In this document: positions 37,253 through 47,140 of the stretch, piece after piece
How the letters are laid out: each line of letters opens with the position of its first letter
Numbering within the stretch: position 1 is the stretch's first letter
Source of the DNA: an uncultured Roseivirgaceae bacterium
Lineage (GTDB): Bacteria; Bacteroidota; Bacteroidia; Cytophagales; Cyclobacteriaceae
NCBI GenBank assembly: GCA_964444895.1
Contig: CAYUJK010000001.1
Coordinates: 767 to 64,766 of the forward strand
DNA length: 64,000 nt
Direction: 5' to 3'
Notes under the pieces: generated by a model
Database searches by the model: none
The model's input: the letters and a program-made list of their open reading frames with translations, nothing else
Told to the model about the DNA's origin: nothing
Position numbers and translations under genes: made by a program

Positions 37253-37949
37253 GAAAATAGATATTGTGTACCCGTTGGGGGAAGGCTCAACCTGGAACGA
37301 TAACGAACTCAGGTATTCTATTCGCTCCCTGGTAGAGTTTGTCAACATAAACCGGATCATCGTCGTCGGGAAAAAGCCGTTGTGGGCTTCTGACGAAATC
37401 ACACATATCGATATGGACGACCCTTTTCAGCGAAAAAAAAACCTGAACATCATCCTGAAAACATTGCGTGGGGCTGAAGAGGTGCATACACCGCGGTTTC
37501 TGAGGCTCTCCGATGACCACGTGATTAACAGAACCCCTGACTTCTCCCCTTATCACCGGGGCCGTCTGCCCGACACAGCAACTGTAAGCCAGGGTGATTT
37601 TATCCGTTCTTGCCACGAGACGTACAAATTCTTAAAAGGCAAGGGTCTCCCCACCTATGATTACGAGGGGCATTACCCCGTTATCGTGGACACCAAAAAG
37701 TTTATTTCGGCATTTACCGGGATGGATATGGTGTCGGTTATAGGGTATGCTATCAACTCCACCTATTTCAACCAAACAGGCGTATTTCCGCCTGAACCAG
37801 CTTACCACGTTCTCAGGCTCCGGGACAGGGGGTTTGATGGGGAGGCGTGGAAGTACACATTCCTAAATTATAGCGAATTTTCATTATCTGACCAATTAAA
37901 GGCATATTTGCAAAAAAGGTTCCCTAACAAGACGATATATGAAAGATAG
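37242..37949 (+). CDS. Stealth-family-like sugar-1-phosphate (hexose-phosphoryl) transferase
   Basis: In-frame ATG at 37242. IDIVYPLG is CR1-like, NDNELRYSIRSL...IIVVGKKPLW is CR2-like, FLRLSDDHV is an NDD-like block, and EGHYPVIVD is CR3-like. Confidence 0.55.
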   Translation: MVGEKIDIVYPLGEGSTWNDNELRYSIRSLVEFVNINRIIVVGKKPLWASDEITHIDMDDPFQRKKNLNIILKTLRGAEEVHTPRFLRLSDDHVINRTPDFSPYHRGRLPDTATVSQGDFIRSCHETYKFLKGKGLPTYDYEGHYPVIVDTKKFISAFTGMDMVSVIGYAINSTYFNQTGVFPPEPAYHVLRLRDRGFDGEAWKYTFLNYSEFSLSDQLKAYLQKRFPNKTIYER

Positions 37950-38541
37950 CGCTACCTCATCGATGCGTATCGACATTCTCTCGCACTACAAGGCGAAGGA
38001 CGTGTTCGTGTCACTGCCAACACTCCGGCAGTTTCACAGTTTTGTGGAGTATAATAAATCACCTACTAAAGGGCTTCCCCCTAATATGGTGATTGCCTAC
38101 GTTGTGTTGTTGTACAGCGAGGATAGTGTCTTAAATAAACAACCCATGCCGGCCCTGGAGCAAAGACAAATTATGGCGGCAGAGCTTGCAGGGTTCAAAC
38201 CTAAGAAAGGCAAACATGACAATGTCGTGGTCAACGGGTTGTTTAACCTGGAAAACGAAGGGATTTTTTCTATGGCTTTTGAGTACCTCATGTTTCAGAA
38301 GCAAGCGGAATGGCAGTTATTGATTGCCACTGAGACATTACGGGTGTCATACCTTCGGGATATGATGAAACCTACCCACAACACCAAAGAGCTGGAAGCG
38401 AAATCTAAACTGAAGTCTCTGGTGAAAACCTACAACGACGACATCGCCGAGCAGATAAGAGAGATATTCAGTGACCACAAGAAGCTGGAAGACTTTGGGA
38501 AAGAGAAGCTTTGGGGCGATACCATTGAAACTATAATTTGA
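37939..38541 (+). CDS. possible small terminase subunit (position only)
   Basis: 200-aa ORF coupled to both neighbours and directly upstream of the large terminase. No motif recognised. Confidence 0.3.
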   Translation: MKDSATSSMRIDILSHYKAKDVFVSLPTLRQFHSFVEYNKSPTKGLPPNMVIAYVVLLYSEDSVLNKQPMPALEQRQIMAAELAGFKPKKGKHDNVVVNGLFNLENEGIFSMAFEYLMFQKQAEWQLLIATETLRVSYLRDMMKPTHNTKELEAKSKLKSLVKTYNDDIAEQIREIFSDHKKLEDFGKEKLWGDTIETII

Positions 38542-38545
38542 TACC

Positions 38546-40786
38546 ATGCATAAAGACCAAGGCGGAGATTGTGTTGAGTTACAGGGGATAAAGTGCTATT
38601 TACCCAAAAGACCTCCTTTGCATGAAATACAAGGGTTTCACCTGCCTAAACGCGAACAGAAATGGTACCGCACACCCCTTCCTGTACTGAGGGGTTCTGA
38701 TATAGAAGTTTTTTCGGGGGCAAAATATAAGCCCAACCAAATAGTTTCCTGGGAGCAAGCCAGAAGGGAAGAGGAAATAAAAAATACCGGATATGACCCG
38801 TGGTCGGTCAACAATGTGGGCCGGATGACAAAAGTAATGGGAGTTGAACCCGACATTTCATACCGGATGCCCGTGTTATCAAAATTCAGAATACAGGAAT
38901 TGGACAGGGTCATCAATGGCCACTGGTTCATGAATAATGGAGAGCCAACCTACCTCACAGGGATAGGATACATGTATTTTAACTGGTGGAAACTTGACAT
39001 AGGGTATCCTAATTACAGAAAGTACATACGTGAGATTTTGTATGTAGTCGAGGTAGTCCGGGGAGACCCTGTTTTGCTTGGCGTCTTGCTTGCCTCTATG
39101 CGTGGGGCCGGCAAGACCTACATGGCTTGTTGTATTCTCTACACCATAATGATATTCTCAAGGAATGCGCTGGGGGGTATGCAGTCAAAGACTGACGTGG
39201 ATGGGAACAGTATGTATTCAAAGAAGCTGGTGCAGCCGGTACTTGCGCTTCCTGACTTTTTAGTCCCAATACACAACTGGCTTACTACTGTGCCTGATAA
39301 AGAGATGAGCTTCTCTTATCGCACAAAAGCACACCCCAATTTTGAGTATGACCGGATTATGAGGGAGTTGGAACTCAAATCTATCATAGACCACAGAAAC
39401 GCCTCCGACAGGGCTTATGATGGGGAAACAACTACCGTGTTATTACAGGATGAGGTCGGGAAAATAACGAAAAAAGTAGGAAATGTGAAGCGTAGGGTCA
39501 ATGTTAACAGACATTGTGTGCAGCGCGGCGGGGACAAAAGGGGTATCTTGTTTGGGTTCACCACGGTAGGGAATATGGAGAGGGAAGGCGGCATGGAGTT
39601 TAAAGAGGTTTTTAATGATGCTGACCAAAACAACCGGAATGAGTTAGGATACACCAAAAACGGCTTTGTCAATTATTTTGTTTCAGCGCTGGAGGCCACC
39701 GTGTTTGATGAATGGGGCAACCCGGTTATCGACATACCAAAAGACAAGCGGACAATTGATTTTATCACAAAAGAACAAGGCCCCCAATATGCTAAAGGTT
39801 CCCGATTTTTCCATGACACACAAAAGGCCACCCTGTTCGCTGACGGCAAGGCCAAAGGGGATTTGAGCGACTACTTTGATTATTGCCAGAACAATCCTTA
39901 TACCCTGAAAGACGCTTTCAGTTTTAGCGGCAAGGAATGCATATTCAACCAAACCATCCTCCAGGAAGCCCAGCACGTCATCAATTCGATGGAGCCAAAA
40001 AGGGTACGCCTGAGCGGGTATTTTGAATGGGTAGTGAAAGACAAAGAGGTGAAATTCGTGGAAGACCCCATGAACGCCAGGTGCCACGTTACCATGTTCC
40101 CTGACGGGAAAGTATGGATACCCAACCGGGTAAATTCGTGGACAGACCACAATGGGAAAACCTTTTATTATCCCGTGAATGAACGCTTTGCCAGCTCCGG
40201 GTTTGACCCCTTCTCACATAAAGATGTGGTGGACAAAAATAAAGCTTCAAAAGCGGCATTCACGCTGAGGACGCGGTTCAACTACCATTTTCCTGAAGAC
40301 TTGTGTGAAACGCCTATTGTCCACTATAAGTTCAGGAGGGATGACCCTGAGGACAGTTTTGAGGACATCATTATGATTTGTTTCTTTTATTCCATCCCGG
40401 TGCTGATAGAAAGTGTACAGGGCGGGCAGGCGGCCATATCGTATTTTGACAAGCGTGGATATGGGAAATTTGTCATGAGAAGGCCAAAGAGTACGTTCAC
40501 CCGTAAAGATGATGCCCAGGACAAACCCGGAACGCCTATGAATGCAGGGGTTATTGAGCAGATGTCCAACCTTGCGGCAAGCGACATAAATAAGAATGGC
40601 CGTAAATTCCGGCAAATAGAAATTGTGGAGGACGCTTTGGCGTTTAACCCTAATAGTACACAAAAATTTGACTCTTTCATGTCTTATGGTCTATCTTTAA
40701 TAGCCGCAGAGAAAGAACCCGCACAGGAAACTAAATCTTTTGAACTGGGCGGACTTATTCCGACATATAATACTCAACAAAAATGA
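38546..40786 (+). CDS. terL: terminase large subunit
   Basis: Walker A is LASMRGAGKT, Walker B is TTVLLQDEVGK. The C-terminal RNaseH-like nuclease region carries acidic residues (ASSGFDPFSHKD). Confidence 0.85.
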   Translation: MHKDQGGDCVELQGIKCYLPKRPPLHEIQGFHLPKREQKWYRTPLPVLRGSDIEVFSGAKYKPNQIVSWEQARREEEIKNTGYDPWSVNNVGRMTKVMGVEPDISYRMPVLSKFRIQELDRVINGHWFMNNGEPTYLTGIGYMYFNWWKLDIGYPNYRKYIREILYVVEVVRGDPVLLGVLLASMRGAGKTYMACCILYTIMIFSRNALGGMQSKTDVDGNSMYSKKLVQPVLALPDFLVPIHNWLTTVPDKEMSFSYRTKAHPNFEYDRIMRELELKSIIDHRNASDRAYDGETTTVLLQDEVGKITKKVGNVKRRVNVNRHCVQRGGDKRGILFGFTTVGNMEREGGMEFKEVFNDADQNNRNELGYTKNGFVNYFVSALEATVFDEWGNPVIDIPKDKRTIDFITKEQGPQYAKGSRFFHDTQKATLFADGKAKGDLSDYFDYCQNNPYTLKDAFSFSGKECIFNQTILQEAQHVINSMEPKRVRLSGYFEWVVKDKEVKFVEDPMNARCHVTMFPDGKVWIPNRVNSWTDHNGKTFYYPVNERFASSGFDPFSHKDVVDKNKASKAAFTLRTRFNYHFPEDLCETPIVHYKFRRDDPEDSFEDIIMICFFYSIPVLIESVQGGQAAISYFDKRGYGKFVMRRPKSTFTRKDDAQDKPGTPMNAGVIEQMSNLAASDINKNGRKFRQIEIVEDALAFNPNSTQKFDSFMSYGLSLIAAEKEPAQETKSFELGGLIPTYNTQQK

Positions 40787-43167
40787 GAAGCTATAAAAAT
40801 CAATTAACGCCCCGTGCTGTCAGCGCCTTTCCGAATCCACTGGCGCACCCGAAAGTGAAGGCGGACAAAAAAAAATGGGGGCTTCCGCTCGCATGGGCCA
40901 TCTACACGAATTACCAGATGACGGGCTACAAAACCCTCTTTGGGGACAGTGTGGTATACGACAACTATCTTAGCTATGCCTTTGGCGAGCAGGACAAAAG
41001 CAAGTATGCGCCGGGAACGGACGGGGATCCAAAAGATGTGTTCCATCAATTCATTCCCCGAATAAAGGACGACATTAAAAACTACGCATCAAAACGCATA
41101 CGTATTGTATGCGAAAAATTGGAAAACAACCGGTTCGACCCGATAGCCAATGTAACGGATTCTTCTGCTATCGACCGGCGCAAGGACTACGAGTCCAGGT
41201 TGCGGCTATCTATGGAGCAGCAGTCGTTCCTCGCTGAGCTAACCGAGATGACCGGGGTAAACCAGTTCCCGGAGGGTGTTGATCCCAAGAACCTACCCTT
41301 TGACGAAGACGACCTTCGTATTGATATGGAACTCAATTACAAAGACAAGATTTCCATGAAACTGGAAAAGGGCATGTCGTACCATCTGAGCCATAACGAC
41401 TACGAAACCGCAAAGGCAGAGATAGACTTTGATTTAGCTGTAATTGGGGGGGCCTGCCTTCATGTCGGGATGGATCAAAACTATCGCCCCACAATAAAAC
41501 GCATCCGGCCTGACCTGGCCATTGTGCCTGAAGCGTCAGACCCTTTTTACCGAAACATGCCGTACGGCGGATACATAGAGTACATGAGCGTCCACGACTT
41601 CAGGATGCACCACAACGGAGAACTCAGTAAAGAAGAGGAAGAACATGTGATAAGGACATATTCGGAAAGCCCTTCTGCCCCATACGTGAAGAACATGGGG
41701 TCAAATGTTGATTTACGGGACGCCAATACCATTCCGGTGATGTATTTTGAGTACAAAAGCACCAATGAGGAAGTCCACCTTGAATATAAAGACTCCAACG
41801 GTAATGACCGGTTTATCGAGAAGGACTACAATTACTACAAAACATTCCCGCAGAGGAATAAATTTAAGGAAAAATACGGGGCCAGCAGGAAACTCCACCG
41901 CAAGCCATATCCCGCCATTTATAAGGGGTATTGGGTAGTGGGCACAGATTGTATCTATCAGTATGGCCCTAAAGAATTTACGGTGTATGACAGGCAGGGC
42001 GGCAAGATCGGAGACCCGATGATCGGATTTATCGTTTGCACACCCGGCGTCAGGGACGGTAGGTCTGCCGGCCTGATAAAACAAATGATCCCTGTTCTTG
42101 ATGATTTACAGTTCATTGAACTAAAAATACAGGAGACCCTTGCCAACCCTTTCCCTGGTGGGGCTGTGATAGATTTGTTTGCACTCAGAAAGGCAAACTT
42201 TACGCTTGGGGGAAAGGCTTTAAAGCCTGAAGACCTGATTAAAATGGCCTTCAAAAACAAACTTGTACTCATTGACACACAAGATGGAAATTACGCCGCG
42301 GGGAGCAACTACACCGCCGTTCAGGAGATGAACCTGGGTGTCCCGCTTGCGGACCAACTTCAGCTTCTTCAGCATAGGCTTATTGAGCTTGATGAAATAA
42401 TCGGGTACAACCAATCCACCAATTCTTCACCAACGCTTTCCGACCGAACCCCTGTCCGTGTGGCGAACATGCAGCAACAGAATACCGACCTCGCTTTGGG
42501 ATTCTTGTACAGAGCTGACTACTTCATGTTTAAGCAGACGTGCAAGCTATTGGCGGGACTACACCTGCTGGCACTGAAGTACGATCCAGAGCACTACTCA
42601 CATATCTTTGGTGAGGATACCGTGGAGTTCCTGAATAGCGATGAGTTCGACCCGGACGAAATTGAGTATGGTATAGAGATAGAGCCGCGGCCAACGGATG
42701 ATGAGTGGAACATTTTTTATGCCCGGCTGGAAAAACTTGAATCTGAGGGGCGGTTGTCGGCTTCCGACATAATCCAAATACAAAGGTTCAACAATCTCAA
42801 ACAGGCGCAGACCTATATGCGTGTGCTGGAGAAACGCCGAGAAAGGGAAGCCCATCAAAGGCAGATGGAGTTAGTGGACGCCCAAACAGCTGGTAACATT
42901 GAGGCTGTTAAAACGCGTGGCCAGCTAATCCATGAAACGGAGTCCGCCAAACAAGAAACCGAACGAGTCAAAGGCGAACAGGAACGGCAAAACTTGCTGT
43001 TGAAGCATAAGCTTATGATGGAACAGATTGAGCGCCGGGAATCCCTGGGCGGCTTCACAAAAGACTTCCTGCAAGACAAGAAAGGTCAGGTTGATGTTCT
43101 GTTAAAAGCGATGGAGCTTGCTGGTGCAAAAGCCCTGGCAGACTCAAAACCCAAGAAAGACGATTAG
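40783..43167 (+). CDS. portal protein candidate
   Basis: 794-aa ORF ATGA-coupled to terL with a charged helical C-terminus. The call rests on synteny and size. Confidence 0.55.
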   Translation: MRSYKNQLTPRAVSAFPNPLAHPKVKADKKKWGLPLAWAIYTNYQMTGYKTLFGDSVVYDNYLSYAFGEQDKSKYAPGTDGDPKDVFHQFIPRIKDDIKNYASKRIRIVCEKLENNRFDPIANVTDSSAIDRRKDYESRLRLSMEQQSFLAELTEMTGVNQFPEGVDPKNLPFDEDDLRIDMELNYKDKISMKLEKGMSYHLSHNDYETAKAEIDFDLAVIGGACLHVGMDQNYRPTIKRIRPDLAIVPEASDPFYRNMPYGGYIEYMSVHDFRMHHNGELSKEEEEHVIRTYSESPSAPYVKNMGSNVDLRDANTIPVMYFEYKSTNEEVHLEYKDSNGNDRFIEKDYNYYKTFPQRNKFKEKYGASRKLHRKPYPAIYKGYWVVGTDCIYQYGPKEFTVYDRQGGKIGDPMIGFIVCTPGVRDGRSAGLIKQMIPVLDDLQFIELKIQETLANPFPGGAVIDLFALRKANFTLGGKALKPEDLIKMAFKNKLVLIDTQDGNYAAGSNYTAVQEMNLGVPLADQLQLLQHRLIELDEIIGYNQSTNSSPTLSDRTPVRVANMQQQNTDLALGFLYRADYFMFKQTCKLLAGLHLLALKYDPEHYSHIFGEDTVEFLNSDEFDPDEIEYGIEIEPRPTDDEWNIFYARLEKLESEGRLSASDIIQIQRFNNLKQAQTYMRVLEKRREREAHQRQMELVDAQTAGNIEAVKTRGQLIHETESAKQETERVKGEQERQNLLLKHKLMMEQIERRESLGGFTKDFLQDKKGQVDVLLKAMELAGAKALADSKPKKDD

Positions 43168-46100
43168 ACCATTATATTGCCAGAGACTTTTACATACCGG
43201 GTATTGAGGTGGCGTATTCGCACCTCCCCGGTTTCACTATTCTCCAACGTGACTTCTATGGATGGCCCCGCCATTTCCCGCCCAAACAAAAGTTTTGGTT
43301 TGCCTGCCGGCACAATGGCGTCAGGGGTGTTTTGGTCCCTGAGCACGTCAGCCACATAGTGATCTCCCCTTTTGATAAACTTGCTTGCCGGGATGTAACT
43401 CTCCTGTCCCGCCGGGGTGGTGATGCTGGTAATTTCCCATTTTGAATTAGACTCAATCCCCAATGCCTTGAAAATTTTATCGTTCGAATACTCGTTGTTT
43501 ACCAACACTTTAATTCTTGCCGGATATGTTGTCCCGTAAAAGCTGCCGCGCGTCTCGTTGGAGTGGTGGAGCCACGGTACGCCGTTTTTAAACGTCACCA
43601 TGCTGTTTCCTACATACCCGTATCTTTCAGGAATGAAGTTATAAAAGCCTACCCATATATTGTACTTCTCACAGAACCCTACGGTGATAGCGGGTTCCGT
43701 GTCAAGTGCCGGGAATGTTATGTAGTAAATGTGGAGGTACGGGTCGTATCCGCCTATTATCTTTACGTCTTGTCCTAAATATTTGGCACACTTGTCCACG
43801 AACCATTTTTTGGTGCCGTATGTGGTGGCCAGAGGGGTAACCCCGTCTGTGCTCCTGCGCCACGGCTCTGCCCTTAGTCTGTCGAGGCCATATACTTTGC
43901 CGTCATGCTCTACAATTGATCCGGGGTCTTGACTTCCTAATCCACCGGCCAGCTTATTATCCTGGCGCATGAACTCATCGGTGATCACCCATGATAGTTC
44001 GTCGCCTTGCCGCATATATGCCTCGCCGGGATACATAGTGGATATGTTATGTTCATGTACGCTAACCACTACATCATTTGCCGCCACCCATTTCACCACT
44101 GATCCCCGGTCATACGGCAACACATATATATTGGTCGCCTCATAATTATGAAGTCCATTTATTTGCGTGTTGGCCATATAAACATTTGAGGCTATCATCA
44201 GGTTGGGCATAGACAACTCTCTTTCGTTATCGAGAATGATGATAGTTCTGCCGTGATTATTGGTTGGCCTTGAATAATCAAGCGCCTGAGAAGGTGGTTT
44301 TGAGAAAAATTTATACCCTTTAAATACCCACGGTGGTGGCTTTTCAAAAAATTGATACATGGCCCCCTTCAGAAAGTTGAATTTTATTGGCCCTAAGTTT
44401 ATGGTTAAGTTTTCTTGTATCCACTCGTCAAGCCCGTTGTAATATTCCTTCTTTTTTTCGACCTCAGCCTCTACCGCAGTCGATATGTTAGCTGACGACG
44501 TCGTGCTTGTTGGGGCTTCTGCGTTTAAATCGGACGTTGTATATTTTAGATTTGTTATGTATGGCGCACTCGAAGTCGGAAACCCAATGCTTTTCCCTTC
44601 AATATTGTCAAACACATACCACGACCCGAAAAAATGATAGTTTGTGTCGCCGCCTATGTATTTGGTGCCCGTAAATTCGGAAATCGGGTATATTCTGCCT
44701 TGTTCATAAAACTCTTCGTCGATAATTTGTTTGGGTCGGTAAATCTCTACGCTAAGCTTGACCTCTTGAAACACGTTGAAAATCTGCCAATTGTCAATAC
44801 CAAAAGTGTCAACAACGAGCATGTTTCCCCTTACCTCTATAATGGGCGATTCTCTTAACTCTAAAACCGGAAATGGGGTTGTCATTTTTAATCTGACTAT
44901 AAAAGATGAGTCTGGAACAAAAGGTATGTTGAGCGGCATTAGTAGGTGTATGCGAGAGGCAAAAGAAGCAGCAAATGAGGACGGGGCCTCCTCAAGGTAA
45001 ACGGCACCGTTATAAGCAAACGTATTACTCGGCATTCCATCTTCCGGGTTATATTCGGAAACGTAAAACAGAGGCATTACCGGTATCTGCATGTATAAAT
45101 CGAAGATAGACTCTTGTGTGATAGGAATGGAAAAGTAATGTGCGTAAGACGGGGGAGTGCCTGTCAGGCCTATTCTTGCTAAATGGCGCTTTGGCGCCCC
45201 CTGTTCGGGCCGTTCTGGCGGGGTGATAGATATTTTCTTTTTTACGGATGTAATTCTGTGATACTCGTCATAAAAACACAACGCCACGGTATAGCTGCCC
45301 CCGGATTTAAGGTGGTATTGTAAGTTTTCACTCGACCTGACTGAATTGTACGTCTCCTCATCATCTAAATTGTTGATCAACCCATCCAAATAAAGGTTGT
45401 AATTAAAATCGTCGTCGTTGTGTCCGTTAATGAATGAATTAATGATGTTCCGGTTTTTAATAAACACTTGTGCAGAAGACCTTTTTGGAATAGGCTCGAA
45501 GAGTTTTATTTCGTCATCACTCAATGATATAAGTGCAGTTTGAGCGTCAAAATTACGGGTCATGGTAGACGATGTTCCAATGTTTTTTTCCGTAAAAAAA
45601 ATCTTCCATGCCCCCAGTTTGTTTTCGTCTACCAAAAAATCTACTTCACTTACGTAGTCCCGAAGGTTTGGCGGTATCTGAACAGTAACATTTATTGATC
45701 TGGCATTGAATGCCAAGTTGGGGAATTGGTATGCTGGTTGTGTTTTTGAGTGAGGTGACGGTACGCTATGGGTGCCATCTTTGTACTTAAAGCGATAAGC
45801 AAATTGGTAATTGTTAAAACAAACCTTGTTTGTAGCTAATTGAGCGTCTCTTGATGTTGTAAATACCGATGTTGGTGGTATGGCGGGGCCTTTTTTAGCA
45901 AGGTCTATATCTATTTCTTTGTCTACATAATCTCCTTCTAACGCCCGTTTTATATTCAAACACCGCTGTGCGTTTGATGGTTCCACCCAATACAGTAAAT
46001 CATCCACTATGAACGCGTGCTCGATGGGGTATGCGGGTGAAAAATCAAGCCCTTCCCACTCAAATATTTTGGTGGCTCCGGTCGTGCCGGATTGCCACAT

Positions 46101-46373
46101 ATAGATAGCGTCTACCCCGCCCGGCTTGTGTATGAAGAAAACAAGCCTGTTCCTTCCATTGTCCGAACACGCCCCTATACAAATATTTCCTTCCGTCTCG
46201 TTAAAATCTATGGTAAGCCGGGTATTTCCTTTTACCTTTTGGCGGGAAGGGTTTGAGGTTACCTCGTTGCCTGGGACCATGTTCCACATCTCCCTGTAAA
46301 ATCCTTTGTTGGTATCCAGGAATTCGTCGGTATCGTCGGTATTGAGAGCAAAGAAAAACTGTTTCGAGTTCAT
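43164..46373 (-). CDS. large (1069 aa) virion-associated protein, function unknown
   Basis: Uninterrupted ATG ORF convergent with the portal gene (stop codons overlap). Beta-rich composition. Confidence 0.6.
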   Translation of the reverse strand: MNSKQFFFALNTDDTDEFLDTNKGFYREMWNMVPGNEVTSNPSRQKVKGNTRLTIDFNETEGNICIGACSDNGRNRLVFFIHKPGGVDAIYMWQSGTTGATKIFEWEGLDFSPAYPIEHAFIVDDLLYWVEPSNAQRCLNIKRALEGDYVDKEIDIDLAKKGPAIPPTSVFTTSRDAQLATNKVCFNNYQFAYRFKYKDGTHSVPSPHSKTQPAYQFPNLAFNARSINVTVQIPPNLRDYVSEVDFLVDENKLGAWKIFFTEKNIGTSSTMTRNFDAQTALISLSDDEIKLFEPIPKRSSAQVFIKNRNIINSFINGHNDDDFNYNLYLDGLINNLDDEETYNSVRSSENLQYHLKSGGSYTVALCFYDEYHRITSVKKKISITPPERPEQGAPKRHLARIGLTGTPPSYAHYFSIPITQESIFDLYMQIPVMPLFYVSEYNPEDGMPSNTFAYNGAVYLEEAPSSFAASFASRIHLLMPLNIPFVPDSSFIVRLKMTTPFPVLELRESPIIEVRGNMLVVDTFGIDNWQIFNVFQEVKLSVEIYRPKQIIDEEFYEQGRIYPISEFTGTKYIGGDTNYHFFGSWYVFDNIEGKSIGFPTSSAPYITNLKYTTSDLNAEAPTSTTSSANISTAVEAEVEKKKEYYNGLDEWIQENLTINLGPIKFNFLKGAMYQFFEKPPPWVFKGYKFFSKPPSQALDYSRPTNNHGRTIIILDNERELSMPNLMIASNVYMANTQINGLHNYEATNIYVLPYDRGSVVKWVAANDVVVSVHEHNISTMYPGEAYMRQGDELSWVITDEFMRQDNKLAGGLGSQDPGSIVEHDGKVYGLDRLRAEPWRRSTDGVTPLATTYGTKKWFVDKCAKYLGQDVKIIGGYDPYLHIYYITFPALDTEPAITVGFCEKYNIWVGFYNFIPERYGYVGNSMVTFKNGVPWLHHSNETRGSFYGTTYPARIKVLVNNEYSNDKIFKALGIESNSKWEITSITTPAGQESYIPASKFIKRGDHYVADVLRDQNTPDAIVPAGKPKLLFGREMAGPSIEVTLENSETGEVRIRHLNTRYVKVSGNIMV

Positions 46374-46387
46374 TCGTGTAGATGTTT

Positions 46388-46420
46388 TTTGTCAAAATGA
46401 CAAAAGTTTCCATAAATTTG
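46388..46420 (+). promoter_or_regulatory. Bacteroidota-type promoter (TTTG - 21 nt - TAAATTTG)
   Basis: TTTG at 46388-46391 lies inside the palindrome. Perfect TAnnTTTG box at 46413-46420. The ATG is at 46438. Confidence 0.6.
46389..46403. promoter_or_regulatory. operator-like palindrome TTGTCAAAATGACAA, identical to units 1 and 4 of the 34.66-kb array
   Basis: Exact 15-mer in the 64-nt divergent gap between 43164..46373(-) and 46438..47139(+). Confidence 0.8.
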
Positions 46421-46437
46421 GTTAAAAGATTCCTGTC

Positions 46438-47139
46438 ATGAAAAAGATTCTCTCCAAAATAATTTCCAGCAGGCTCCATGAAGCCCGTGAATTTTACGCC
46501 AACATCAACCCTCATGAGTATCTGTGGGCGTGGCCTATGTTGGTTTTGGGTGCAATACAGCTCATATCTGGACTTTCATCCGCTAAAAACAACCAGCGTC
46601 CCGTCATGCCTGAAACGACAGGTGCCACAGGAGAAGCTACCGCTATGAGCCGTCTTCTTGCCCAACAAACTACTGATCCCATACTTTCCGGCCAGGAAAC
46701 GGCTATTGAGCAAGGCCGGGCGCAGGGCATACAAAATTTAAAAAGGACGCTGAAAGACCCCGGACAAATACTCTCCGGTGTTTCACAGATTACCGCTGGG
46801 GGCAACCGGGCCAGACAGGAGGCGCTCATGGACTTTGGGGCCCGTAAGATGAACCTTCAGCAAAGCTACATAGGGCAACTCGCTAATGCCGCCAGGGAAC
46901 AGAGGGAGGCCTTTTACTACAATGAGGTGGAGAAGCATAGGGAAAAGGCTGCGGCCAGCTCCGCTCTTATACAAGGGGGTATTTCCAATATTGCGGGAGG
47001 TATATCAGAAGGGCAGTTAGCAAAACAGAATAAAGAATTGGAGCGCTATGTGTATGGAGGCAACCAGTCGTTTAACTTGTCGGCCCTGGAGCAGCAGGTA
47101 TATGGTACCAAAATAAATACACCAACAATAGGTCGTTAA
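46438..47139 (+). CDS. single-TM protein with Gln/Ala-rich helical ectodomain, function unknown
   Basis: ATG ORF, 233 aa. TM segment is LWAWPMLVLGAIQLISGL. It is a lone plus-strand gene between two giant minus-strand genes. Confidence 0.6.
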   Translation: MKKILSKIISSRLHEAREFYANINPHEYLWAWPMLVLGAIQLISGLSSAKNNQRPVMPETTGATGEATAMSRLLAQQTTDPILSGQETAIEQGRAQGIQNLKRTLKDPGQILSGVSQITAGGNRARQEALMDFGARKMNLQQSYIGQLANAAREQREAFYYNEVEKHREKAAASSALIQGGISNIAGGISEGQLAKQNKELERYVYGGNQSFNLSALEQQVYGTKINTPTIGR

Positions 47140-47140
47140 A

